Source: Chthoniobacterales bacterium (GTDB taxonomy: Bacteria; Verrucomicrobiota; Verrucomicrobiia; Chthoniobacterales; UBA10450). From it: DNA of 64,000 nt. Where the stretch lies: assembly GCA_036270275.1 (NCBI GenBank), contig DATBCV010000019.1, positions 10,883 through 74,882 on the forward strand, read 5' to 3'. The position numbers and the translations under genes are program-made. Within the stretch, counting starts at the first letter, position 1. Each line of letters starts with the position of its first letter. This document shows, piece after piece, positions 35,968-44,616 of the stretch. The notes below the pieces were generated by a model that saw only the letters and a program-made list of their open reading frames with translations, was not told the origin of the DNA and ran no database searches.

Positions 35968-38502
35968 TTGATTGTTATGACAGATTTTCGGGGATCGGTG
36001 TGGGGCTGGACAGTGGCGGCGGTTTTCGTCGCGGCGTCAGCGACATTCGCGCCACAAGTAACGTTGGGTCAGGCAGCGCAACAGCCTGAAGCGCCGCTCA
36101 TTCGCGCGATCGAAGTGCAATACTCCGGGCCGGCGACCGTTTCCAAGGAAGCGATCCTCGCGCAAATGCGCACGAGCGTTGGCCAGCCCTATTCGGACAC
36201 AACGGTCGAAGAGGATATCCGAAATCTTTACAAGACCGGAACGGTTCAGAACGTTCGCATTTTCGCGCAACCGGAAGGCGATGGAGTGAAAGTGATTGTC
36301 GCGGTGCAAACGCGCCAGGTTCTCCGAGAGCTGGTCGTTGACGGAGCGCATCGAGTGAGCGCAAAGAAACTGCGCAAGGAAATCGGCGTGAGATTAAACG
36401 CGCCGGTGAACGAAGATGATTTGCAAAAAGCGCGGCAAAAAATCATCGACACCTATCAGAGCAAAGGTTTCACCGACGTGTCGGTCGATTTCAAGGTGGA
36501 ACCGATCGAGGAAAGTCGCGGGACCGCGCGCGTGATTTACACGGTCGAGGAAGGCGCGAAGGGCGCGGTGAGCAAAATCCATTTTGCGGGTAACGAGCAT
36601 TTCGGCGAGCGGATTTTGCGCAAGCAAATGAAAACGAAAGGCAAGACGATGCTTTCCTTCGTTGATAAATCGGGACGGCTCGATGAAGCGCAGCTGCAGC
36701 AGGACCTCGACAGCGTCAAAGAGTTTTACCAGAACCATGGCTACGTGGACGTGGAGGTGACGGAAGCAAGCCGGGAACGAAGACATGGCGGCCCGCTCGT
36801 AATCACGGTCGGCATTAAAGAAGGCGCTCAGTACCACGTGAACAAGCTCACCTTCGCCGGCTATAAGCTGACGGACGAACAAAAGCTGCGCAAAACGATT
36901 AAGTTAAAAGAAGGGGACGTTTACTCGCCCAAACAATTACACGATGACGCGAAAGCGATCGCGGACGGCTACGGCAGCGGTGGCTATGTCGATCTTGTCA
37001 TTCTTCCGCAAGGAACTCCTGCCGGGCCGGGTTTGATCGACGTGCATTACAAGATTGAGGAAGGCAATCGCTCATTCGTGGAGCGGATCAACATCGTCGG
37101 CAACAGCCGGACGAAGGACAAGGTGATCCGCCGGGAAGTTTTGATCGCGCCCGGCGACGTGTTTAACACGGTGCGGGTGGAAACAACGAAGAAGCGTTTG
37201 GAGAATTTGGGCTACTTCTCCAAGGTGGAAACGTTTCCGGAAGAAACCGGAGTGGAGGGACGCAAAGATCTGGTTGTCCAGGTGGAAGAAAAACGCACTG
37301 GCTCGCTCAACTTCGGCGCGGGCTACAGCACAATCGACAGCGTGATTGGCTTCGTCGAATTGACTCAAAGCAACTTCGACATCACGAACTGGCCCAGTAT
37401 GACCGGCGGCGGCCAGCGATTCCGCGCCAAAGCGCAAATCGGCAGTCAGCGAAAAGACTTCAACGTCAGCTTGACCGAGCCTTATTTCCTCAACCGGCGG
37501 TTCTCGCTCAGCGGTTCGGCATTCTATTCAGAGGCGAATTATCTCAGCTCGGTTTACGATCAACGAAATTATGGCGCTTCGCTGGAGGCGCGGAAACCGA
37601 TCTGGTCCTGGATCTACGGCGTGCTGGGATACAGCATTCAAAATTTCGAGATCTACAACGTCGCCACTGACGCGTCGCCAGAGATCCAGGCGCAAGGAGG
37701 AACCACTTCGCAGAGCATGGTGACTGGCTCTCTGGTTTGGGACCGCAGAGATAATCCGTTTCTCACTCGCAAAGGTGAGCGAATTTCGCTCGCCTCCTAC
37801 GTCGCAGGCGGCCCGCTCGGCGGCGATGTTCAAATCTATGGGTTCGATTTTCAGGCAACGAAGTACATCCGCGTCTGGAAGGACATTATTTTGTTGGGCG
37901 ACGCGGAAGTAAGCACGGTGGATGTGTGGGACAAACCCGAAACCAAGTTGTTCGAGGCGAGCGGAGATGTCACCGCCACCGGCGTCCCGAAGGGCGTCGT
38001 GGAACGATTCGTTCAGGAGGTTCCGAGCGTTCCAATTTTCGATCGCCTCTATTTGGGCGGGTCCAACAATTTGCGCGGTTTTCGTTTTAGAGATATTGGC
38101 CCGAGAGATTCTCGAAATCAGCCGATCGGCGGCCAATCGTTAGTGCGAGCCACGGTCGAAGTAAGTTTCCCCATTATCGAAAAAGCCCGCGGCGCTTTCT
38201 TCTACGACTGTGGATTTGTAAATCCGGATCCGTGGAACTTCACTCCGGACACAATCGCGGTACCGCGCGGGAATACCGCCATTGCAAATGCCATCTTCCT
38301 CGGCGCTCCTAACCCTTTCCCGAATGCTCCTCCGGGCGTTAGTCCCCGGCGCACGTTCGATTCTTTCGCGTCGGACTACGGCGTCGGTCTCCGCCTTGAC
38401 TTACCCATCGGACCATTGCGCCTTGATTACGGCTTCCCACTCGATACCGCCGGCAACGGCAAACATGGCCACCTGAATTTCAGCGTCGGCTATCAATTTT
38501 AA
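35968..38502 (+). CDS. bamA: outer membrane protein assembly factor BamA
   Basis: 844 aa with POTRA repeats followed by an Omp85 barrel (RGF...G, terminal GYQF). Confidence 0.9.
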   Translation: MIVMTDFRGSVWGWTVAAVFVAASATFAPQVTLGQAAQQPEAPLIRAIEVQYSGPATVSKEAILAQMRTSVGQPYSDTTVEEDIRNLYKTGTVQNVRIFAQPEGDGVKVIVAVQTRQVLRELVVDGAHRVSAKKLRKEIGVRLNAPVNEDDLQKARQKIIDTYQSKGFTDVSVDFKVEPIEESRGTARVIYTVEEGAKGAVSKIHFAGNEHFGERILRKQMKTKGKTMLSFVDKSGRLDEAQLQQDLDSVKEFYQNHGYVDVEVTEASRERRHGGPLVITVGIKEGAQYHVNKLTFAGYKLTDEQKLRKTIKLKEGDVYSPKQLHDDAKAIADGYGSGGYVDLVILPQGTPAGPGLIDVHYKIEEGNRSFVERINIVGNSRTKDKVIRREVLIAPGDVFNTVRVETTKKRLENLGYFSKVETFPEETGVEGRKDLVVQVEEKRTGSLNFGAGYSTIDSVIGFVELTQSNFDITNWPSMTGGGQRFRAKAQIGSQRKDFNVSLTEPYFLNRRFSLSGSAFYSEANYLSSVYDQRNYGASLEARKPIWSWIYGVLGYSIQNFEIYNVATDASPEIQAQGGTTSQSMVTGSLVWDRRDNPFLTRKGERISLASYVAGGPLGGDVQIYGFDFQATKYIRVWKDIILLGDAEVSTVDVWDKPETKLFEASGDVTATGVPKGVVERFVQEVPSVPIFDRLYLGGSNNLRGFRFRDIGPRDSRNQPIGGQSLVRATVEVSFPIIEKARGAFFYDCGFVNPDPWNFTPDTIAVPRGNTAIANAIFLGAPNPFPNAPPGVSPRRTFDSFASDYGVGLRLDLPIGPLRLDYGFPLDTAGNGKHGHLNFSVGYQF

Positions 38503-38558
38503 TCCGAATATTGACACTTGCGGTCGGAACAGTTTCCGACGACTTATTTAGCCCTCTT

Positions 38559-39212
38559 ATGAAAAAACTGCTCTTATTGACTCTGGTTTCTCTTCTCATG
38601 CTGCCAATCGCGGCCCGGGCGCAAGGAACCTTGAAGATCGGCACCGTCGACATGAACAAGACCTTCCGCGAATACAACAAGACGAAGGACGCCGAAGCGA
38701 AAATCAACGATGCCAAGAACCAGGCCAAGAAGGAGTACGACGAGCGCGCCGATTCCTACAAAAAGGCGCTCGATGACATCAACAATCTGAACAAACAACT
38801 CGAAGCCCCGGCTTTGAGCGCGGACGCTAAAGCGGCCAAGGCCAAAGAGCGCGACGACAAGATCGCGAACATAAAAAACATGGAGCGCGAGATCACGGAA
38901 TTTCGTCAGACCCGTGAGCGTCAGCTTCAAGAGCAGGCGTTGCGCATGCGCGAAGGCATCGTCAAGGAAATCAGCGACGTCGTGATGGAGCGCGTCAAAG
39001 CAAACAATCTCGATTTGGTTTTCGACAAATCCGGCAACAGTCTTAACGGCGTTCCGGTGCTCATGTATTCTCGCGACAATGTGGACTTCACTACTGATGT
39101 CATCGCGGCTTTGAACAAGCCCGGCCGCGTAAGCTCCGTTACTACCACCACCGCCAGCCCGGCCAAAGAAAGCACTGGCGCGACGACTACAGCGACGCCG
39201 AAGAAACCTTAA
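38559..39212 (+). CDS. skp: OmpH/Skp-family periplasmic chaperone
   Basis: An ATG at 38559 gives a signal peptide. A coiled-coil OmpH pattern follows, and the gene lies immediately downstream of bamA. Confidence 0.8.
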   Translation: MKKLLLLTLVSLLMLPIAARAQGTLKIGTVDMNKTFREYNKTKDAEAKINDAKNQAKKEYDERADSYKKALDDINNLNKQLEAPALSADAKAAKAKERDDKIANIKNMEREITEFRQTRERQLQEQALRMREGIVKEISDVVMERVKANNLDLVFDKSGNSLNGVPVLMYSRDNVDFTTDVIAALNKPGRVSSVTTTTASPAKESTGATTTATPKKP

Positions 39213-39230
39213 CAACACTTCCAAGCAACG

Positions 39231-39268
39231 AAACACACGCGGGACCCAATCTCGCGTGTGTTTTTTTT
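39231..39268 (+). terminator. rho-independent terminator after skp
   Basis: An 11-bp stem (aaacacacgcg / cgcgtgtgttt) runs into TTTTTTTT. Confidence 0.85.
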
Positions 39269-39311
39269 GTACCGGTCAATTCATGGATAGATTGCGCGCG
39301 GGATCGACATC

Positions 39312-40112
39312 GTGAAAGATCGACATCTAGTTTTCCTCGCCGCCCTGTTGCTTGCCTCACGCGGATCGCTCCTGGCGGCTCCGGCTTGGGAAGCGAATTT
39401 AACCAGCGATCCGCCCGGCAATTTCCCGGAGCTCCGTCCCGTCCGCGCGACTTATCATTTCGGCTGGTCTGGAATTACCGCCGGCGCAGGTGAGGTTCAT
39501 TTTAGCAAGGTCGATAAACGATTTCAGTTGGAAGCCGGAGGCCGAAGCGTTGGCCTGGCCCGCGCCTTGTGGAGATTGGACGCGAGTTACCGCGGGCTCG
39601 CTGATTCGCAAACGCTGCGGCCGATCGAAAGCAAACAGACCGAGACTTATCGAAAGAAAAAATTGGTGACCGATCTCGCGTTCACCAATTCGGGAGTGAC
39701 GCGAACGCGCACCGAAGTTCCGGGCAACACCAACACCAAACCGTTTAACTTTCCCAATCTTTTCGATCTGCAGAGCGCCTTGCTCTATTTGCGCAGCCAA
39801 CCTTTGGCCGACAACAGCGTCTATCGCATCGTCGTTTATCCGGCGACTTCGGCATACCTCACCACCGTGAAAGTCTTGGGACGCGAACGCGTCTCCGTCC
39901 GCGCTGGCAGCTACAACGCAATCAAGATCGACATCGACTTGAAGCGGGTCGGTAAGAAATTCGAGCTCGAGCCGCACCGGAAATTTCGGAAAGCGACGAT
40001 CTGGATTTCGGATGACGAAAATCGCATCCCGCTCCGAATCGAGGCGCAAATTTTTGTCGGCACCGTTTTTGCCGAGTTACAATCGATGCGTTTCGACCCG
40101 GATAAATCCTGA
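39312..40112 (+). CDS. DUF3108-domain protein
   Basis: 266 aa from a GTG start, with a signal peptide. The pattern ATYHFGWSGITAGAGEV is DUF3108-like. Confidence 0.65.
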   Translation: MKDRHLVFLAALLLASRGSLLAAPAWEANLTSDPPGNFPELRPVRATYHFGWSGITAGAGEVHFSKVDKRFQLEAGGRSVGLARALWRLDASYRGLADSQTLRPIESKQTETYRKKKLVTDLAFTNSGVTRTRTEVPGNTNTKPFNFPNLFDLQSALLYLRSQPLADNSVYRIVVYPATSAYLTTVKVLGRERVSVRAGSYNAIKIDIDLKRVGKKFELEPHRKFRKATIWISDDENRIPLRIEAQIFVGTVFAELQSMRFDPDKS

Positions 40113-40113
40113 A

Positions 40114-40863
40114 TCAACGGTCGCGGATCCACTCGCCGCGCACCGGCTCATCACGGCGGCCGCGGTGCGCGCGATAAATTGGCGCGTGCGAACCTGGCAG
40201 CAGTTGCAGCGCCGCGAGAGTCTCGAGATCCAGCCGGCCGGTCGTTGGCAGGCGAACGCGCGCCTGATACGCGCGCAGCGAAAATTCCAGATCAGGCCCG
40301 GCCGCTCCGTTAAATGCTCCGCGATATAATCCCTGGCGCGCCAAAATATTTTGCGCGGACAGAATTACGTCGTGCTGAACTTCCCGGGACGAATTCGCAT
40401 ACGGCGTTCCGGCGAAATGTCCGCCGGGCACGATCGGCGCCGCATCCTCATCGAGCGGCACTGGAGGTTGTCGATCTTGTTGGTCGGGAAATGGTTGACC
40501 GGTCATTGGATTTGTCGGAGTGGAACTTTCACGCTGCTCCTCGCGTAATTCCGGACGCTCCTGCGATTCTGCCGGTTGCGGCGCAGTGGTCGGCGAAGCT
40601 TTTACGACGGCGTGCACGCCGGACGCATCGACGCCGAGAGACTTCAAAGTTTCATCGTTCAAATCGCCGCTGATTTGCAGTCCGTTGCGAATTTGATAGC
40701 GCCGAATCGCCGCGGTTGTGTCGGCATCTTTGGTTCCGGTGACCTCACCGAAATAATAACCCTCATCCTTGAGCGATTGCTGGACGTTGTGGATTAAATC
40801 GTCCGCCCGGACGGAAATTGCGACCGTGGCCAGCAATGCCAGCGCTGCGACTCGAAGTTTCAT
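40114..40863 (-). CDS. secreted protein with two peptidoglycan-binding (PG_binding_1) domains
   Basis: A signal peptide is present, with TTAAIRRYQIRNGLQISGDLNDETL and LRAYQARVRLPTTGRLDLETL. Confidence 0.7.
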   Translation of the reverse strand: MKLRVAALALLATVAISVRADDLIHNVQQSLKDEGYYFGEVTGTKDADTTAAIRRYQIRNGLQISGDLNDETLKSLGVDASGVHAVVKASPTTAPQPAESQERPELREEQRESSTPTNPMTGQPFPDQQDRQPPVPLDEDAAPIVPGGHFAGTPYANSSREVQHDVILSAQNILARQGLYRGAFNGAAGPDLEFSLRAYQARVRLPTTGRLDLETLAALQLLPGSHAPIYRAHRGRRDEPVRGEWIRDR

Positions 40864-40893
40864 TTGATCTGCTTTGACGCCGAATTCACGGCG

Positions 40894-41691
40894 CTATTCA
40901 GTCCCCGCGCCGGCCACGGCGAGAGGTAATTGTCGATCTTTTAAAACTTCACGGTAACGCAGAATGCCTTCGCTGATCGCCGCCGCCATTTGGTCCCGGT
41001 AATCGTTGCTGTCCAACTTCGCGAGCTCTTCCTTATTTAGGAATCCGCCCTCCACCAGGACCGCCGGTACCGCGACATGCGCGATCACGAAAAATTGCTC
41101 GGCCTTAGTTCCACGATCCGGCGCTTTCGTGCGCGCGATCATCGCTTCCTGAATAAATTTGGCGAGGCTTTGGCTTGCTACCGTCGGTGATTCCGCTGCC
41201 GGGCCCTGGAAAAACGGAATCCACGAGACCAGCCGCGGAGCGGGCGCGCTCTGATGCTCGGCGTAATAAGTTTCAATACCGCTCGCGATTTTCTTGCTCT
41301 CGTTAAAATGAATGCTGACAAAAATGCAATCGCGCGCGCGACTGGTGACGGCGGCGCGGTCCTGAAGTGAAACGTAACTGTCCCCAACACGCGTCATCAA
41401 CGTGGCCAGGCCCTGCGATTGGAGCAGTCGATCCAGGCGCTGCGCAATGTCGAGCGTCAAATCTTTCTCATACACCGGTCCGCACATCGCGCCGGAATCT
41501 TGTCCGCCGTGTCCGGGATCTATCACCACCAAAGTAAAAGGCGCGGGCGCAGCAGTGTGTTGCGTGGAAACTGGCGTCGGCCGCGGCACCGACAAAATTT
41601 GCCACCAAACGAATGAGGCGAGCATGAGCGCGAGTCCAACCCACGCGAGAACGTTTCTGATTGCCCCCCCGAAACCCCGTCGCGAAGACAT
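40894..41691 (-). CDS. N-acetylmuramoyl-L-alanine amidase (Amidase_3)
   Basis: VVIDPGHGGQDSGA and SIHFNE zinc-ligand motifs are present, with an N-terminal TM/signal anchor. Confidence 0.85.
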   Translation of the reverse strand: MSSRRGFGGAIRNVLAWVGLALMLASFVWWQILSVPRPTPVSTQHTAAPAPFTLVVIDPGHGGQDSGAMCGPVYEKDLTLDIAQRLDRLLQSQGLATLMTRVGDSYVSLQDRAAVTSRARDCIFVSIHFNESKKIASGIETYYAEHQSAPAPRLVSWIPFFQGPAAESPTVASQSLAKFIQEAMIARTKAPDRGTKAEQFFVIAHVAVPAVLVEGGFLNKEELAKLDSNDYRDQMAAAISEGILRYREVLKDRQLPLAVAGAGTE

Positions 41692-41693
41692 CG

Positions 41694-42476
41694 TTATGTT
41701 TCCAGGATCGAACGCAGCTCTTCGTCGGACAAAGTGCGATAACGAATCGCGCTCCGGCTATCGCGCTCGAGAACCGCTCCCTCCACGCTGGAATTCGCGA
41801 GCTGCTCGCTCCGATATTTTCGCACCGCCTCACGATCGGGCAGGTCCTTCGTCGCAGTTTCGCCGCCGAGCGCGAGCCGTCCAACGCTCCACGCGTCGGC
41901 AGCGGTGGCAATTGCATCGACCAATGTCGCGTCGGTCGCGTGATTTTGTTGCAAGAACTTGTCCATTAATTCAGCCGACGCCTTTGTCCCACCCAACACG
42001 GCAAATCGTTGTCGCGGTTGGGCGGACGGACCATCAGCTGTGATCGAACCGTCGTAGTCCACCGACAAAAACAAATCTTCTTTTGGGCTCGAACCGATTT
42101 CGGCAAACAAGAGCCGCGCCAGATAAGGCGGCCCGTAAATTTGCTCGAACGCGCTTTTCATCACCGGGCTGAGCGAATAATGCGCCAGGCGTCGCAGTGA
42201 AACGTCCGCGGCCGCTCGCGTAAATCCTTCGGTGCTCGCCAGCTCAATCGCCGCCAGCCGCAAGCGTTCGATGTCGCCCGGATGACCAATCGCTCCCATC
42301 GCGATGCGATCGTAAATCTCAAAAAGCTTTTGCCGCGAACGCCGGCCAATCGTGAGGAACACAATACCGTCGCGATAACCGACTGCCGCAATCGGGCTGC
42401 CCTGCGCGAGCTGCGTCTCGATGTACTCGCGCCGGTTCGCGATCGCTTCCACCCATCGGTATGGTTCTTCGATCAT
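41694..42476 (-). CDS. prcA: proteasome alpha subunit (bacterial 20S)
   Basis: 260 aa with a PrcA-like N-terminal region. It overlaps prcB by 4 nt. Confidence 0.75.
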   Translation of the reverse strand: MIEEPYRWVEAIANRREYIETQLAQGSPIAAVGYRDGIVFLTIGRRSRQKLFEIYDRIAMGAIGHPGDIERLRLAAIELASTEGFTRAAADVSLRRLAHYSLSPVMKSAFEQIYGPPYLARLLFAEIGSSPKEDLFLSVDYDGSITADGPSAQPRQRFAVLGGTKASAELMDKFLQQNHATDATLVDAIATAADAWSVGRLALGGETATKDLPDREAVRKYRSEQLANSSVEGAVLERDSRSAIRYRTLSDEELRSILET

Positions 42477-43288
42477 CCCACTCGCGCGTTAAAAACCTGC
42501 GAAACTTTTTCTTCGCTCAAAGTCGTGATCCCTTCGCGCGAAACGATTTTGATTAAAGGAAAAATTTTGCCGCTGCGATCGACTCCGCCCGTTGCGGTGT
42601 CGGCTTCAGCCGCCGTGTCTAACGCGCGCAACGCCACCGCGACCGCTTCGTCCTGGTCCAAATCGTGGAGCTTTTTCGGGCCCCACTGATTTTCGTAATA
42701 AAGAATCCCGCGCACGGCCGGCGAGCCCGAACCCGTCGCCGCGAAATCCGCCACTTCAAACTGCGCGCCCATCGCATCGTAAAAATACAAACGCGCTTCC
42801 GGTTTGGAGTTGTCGTCGTAGGTAGCGAAGATCGGTACGACGATGCCGACGCCTTGCATGACGAATCCGAAATTGTCTCGCAATAATTTCGAAAGCGCGC
42901 GCACTTTGCCGTCCACACTCATTTCCTGCAATTGCGTGCGGCGGAAATATTGAAACGAATGTTCCAGGACGCGCGCCATTTCCCAAGCCGTCGCCGGCAC
43001 GCCCGCGATCGCCATGATCGAGTGTCGATCTATCTCGAGCACTTTGTCCGCGCGATCATAAACCACGGTGTTGCCCGCGGTCGCGCGACGATCGCCCGCA
43101 ACGAGCACGCCGCCGGAAAATTTGAAGGCGAGGATGGTGGTCGATTCCGTCGGCAAGAATGTTTGGTTCGTTGCGCCTGCGACATTTTCGGGCGCGATTT
43201 GCAGCAGCCCTTTTCTGCGCAACACCGCCGGAAAATCTTCGCTCGCTCCCGAAAAATTCGGATCGAGCACCAGTGGCGGCTTGTCCAT
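42473..43288 (-). CDS. prcB: proteasome beta subunit (with propeptide)
   Basis: The start is placed at MDKPP. The mature N-terminus is TTILAFKFSGGVLVAGDRRAT, with the catalytic Thr. Confidence 0.85.
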   Translation of the reverse strand: MDKPPLVLDPNFSGASEDFPAVLRRKGLLQIAPENVAGATNQTFLPTESTTILAFKFSGGVLVAGDRRATAGNTVVYDRADKVLEIDRHSIMAIAGVPATAWEMARVLEHSFQYFRRTQLQEMSVDGKVRALSKLLRDNFGFVMQGVGIVVPIFATYDDNSKPEARLYFYDAMGAQFEVADFAATGSGSPAVRGILYYENQWGPKKLHDLDQDEAVAVALRALDTAAEADTATGGVDRSGKIFPLIKIVSREGITTLSEEKVSQVFNARVG

Positions 43289-43464
43289 TATTGACCGGTG
43301 CGCTGGCGGTAGCGCTTCGATTGGTTGGGGTCGACCTTCCGCATTTTCTTTAGCAAATCCTTTGTGTCCGGACGGGAGATATCGGGGGAACGCGGACCAC
43401 CTTCGTCCCCCTGCTTCGGACCCCACGGAGCGGGATCAATCGGCTTCTGCACGCGCTCCGGCAT
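43288..43464 (-). CDS. UBact, Pup-like prokaryotic ubiquitin-like modifier
   Basis: This 58-aa ORF is below the track cutoff: MPERVQKPIDPAPWGPKQGDEGGPRSPDISRPDTKDLLKKMRKVDPNQSKRYRQRTGQ. The C-terminal YRQRTGQ matches the UBact signature. A TAATG overlap links it to prcB. Confidence 0.75.
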   Translation of the reverse strand: MPERVQKPIDPAPWGPKQGDEGGPRSPDISRPDTKDLLKKMRKVDPNQSKRYRQRTGQ

Positions 43465-43564
43465 ATCAAAAATTTAAGGCGAAAAAGTAGGAAGGCAAGC
43501 TGACCGCAATTGTCCGCCGCCCTCGCTTGCCAGGCAAAGCCCCTAATGCCAAACTCGAGGTCCC

Positions 43565-44068
43565 ATGAAATTGCTGGCTGGAGGAATCTTATGCGCGCTA
43601 GCTGTCGCCGCTTTCACAATTTCGACCGCTTCCGCCCAGACCTTCGCCTCGACACCCAATCCCGCCGCGAGCGAGACGGCGCAACTTCAGGAGCTCACGA
43701 AAAAAATCGAAGAACAAAATGCGAAGATCGACATGTTGTCGCAGCAGATTTTGAAACTTCAACAGCAACTCGGCGAGCATAAGCCGGGCGTCATGATTGG
43801 CGAAGCGACGTCGCCATCGCCTGCTGGATCGACGATCGCAAAATCGACATCCACTCCGGTTTCCTCGACTTCGGCCTCGCCGGACGACGGAAATACGCAT
43901 GTTGTCGCGCGCGGTGAAACGCTCACCTCGATCGCTCATCAGCACAACGTCAGTGTGAGTGATCTTCAGAAATTCAATCACATCGAAAACCCGTTGAAGT
44001 TGCAGGCCGGACAGACTCTCCAGATTCCGCCGTCGCCGGTTCCATCGCCTTCTTCATCGGGCGAGTAA
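43565..44068 (+). CDS. secreted LysM-domain protein
   Basis: A signal peptide and a coiled coil are followed by the LysM domain HVVARGETLTSIAHQHNVSVSDLQKFN...LQAGQTLQIP. Confidence 0.75.
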   Translation: MKLLAGGILCALAVAAFTISTASAQTFASTPNPAASETAQLQELTKKIEEQNAKIDMLSQQILKLQQQLGEHKPGVMIGEATSPSPAGSTIAKSTSTPVSSTSASPDDGNTHVVARGETLTSIAHQHNVSVSDLQKFNHIENPLKLQAGQTLQIPPSPVPSPSSSGE

Positions 44069-44071
44069 ACG

Positions 44072-44584
44072 ATGGACGAAGTTTCCAGTCAGGCCTGGTT
44101 TCTGCGCAAATACCAGGATGGCGCCGTGTTTGGTCCGGTCTCGTTCGACCAACTCGCAGCCTGGGCCGCTAGCGCTCAAGTCGCCCCGCACGATCTCGTT
44201 TCAACCGATCAGCTCGCGTGGTTGAAAGCTCCGATGATTCCGCAGCTGGCCATGGATTGGCTCGTGGAAGTAACGAGCGAGCTTCTTTACGGCCCGACCA
44301 CGGTCGGCGCGGTTCAGGAATTCATTCGCCTCGGCGACATTAACGCTGACACCTTCGTGATCAATTCCTGCGACGGGACGCGACGCCAAATCCGCGAATT
44401 GCCCACGCTTTTCAAGATCAATGCGCCGCGCATAAACGAAAGTGAAGTCGCGAGCGAACCGGCAAGCACCGGCATTTCTATTCGTCTTCAGGAGCGCATT
44501 CGTGATCTCGAACAAACATTGCGCGAAGAGCGCCGCGCTTACGTGGAGTTAGAAGAAAAATACCACGCGCTGCTCACCAGGTAG
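44072..44584 (+). CDS. GYF_2-like (DUF4339) domain protein
   Basis: 170 aa. WFLRKYQDGAVFGPVSFDQLAAWA and a second similar module are present, with a C-terminal coiled coil. Confidence 0.45.
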   Translation: MDEVSSQAWFLRKYQDGAVFGPVSFDQLAAWAASAQVAPHDLVSTDQLAWLKAPMIPQLAMDWLVEVTSELLYGPTTVGAVQEFIRLGDINADTFVINSCDGTRRQIRELPTLFKINAPRINESEVASEPASTGISIRLQERIRDLEQTLREERRAYVELEEKYHALLTR

Positions 44585-44616
44585 GGGCGATCGCCCTCAA
44601 TCGCCCGCAGACGCTG

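Noticed and set aside
38574-40049. minus-strand ORFs of 220 aa and 216 aa
   Set aside because: They are antisense to skp and the DUF3108 gene respectively, both of which have signal peptides and family-like sequence.
43465-43564. Search for Mpa, Dop or PafA genes or a second modifier gene upstream of UBact
   Set aside because: There are only 100 nt of spacer before a divergently oriented LysM gene, and it holds no ORF.
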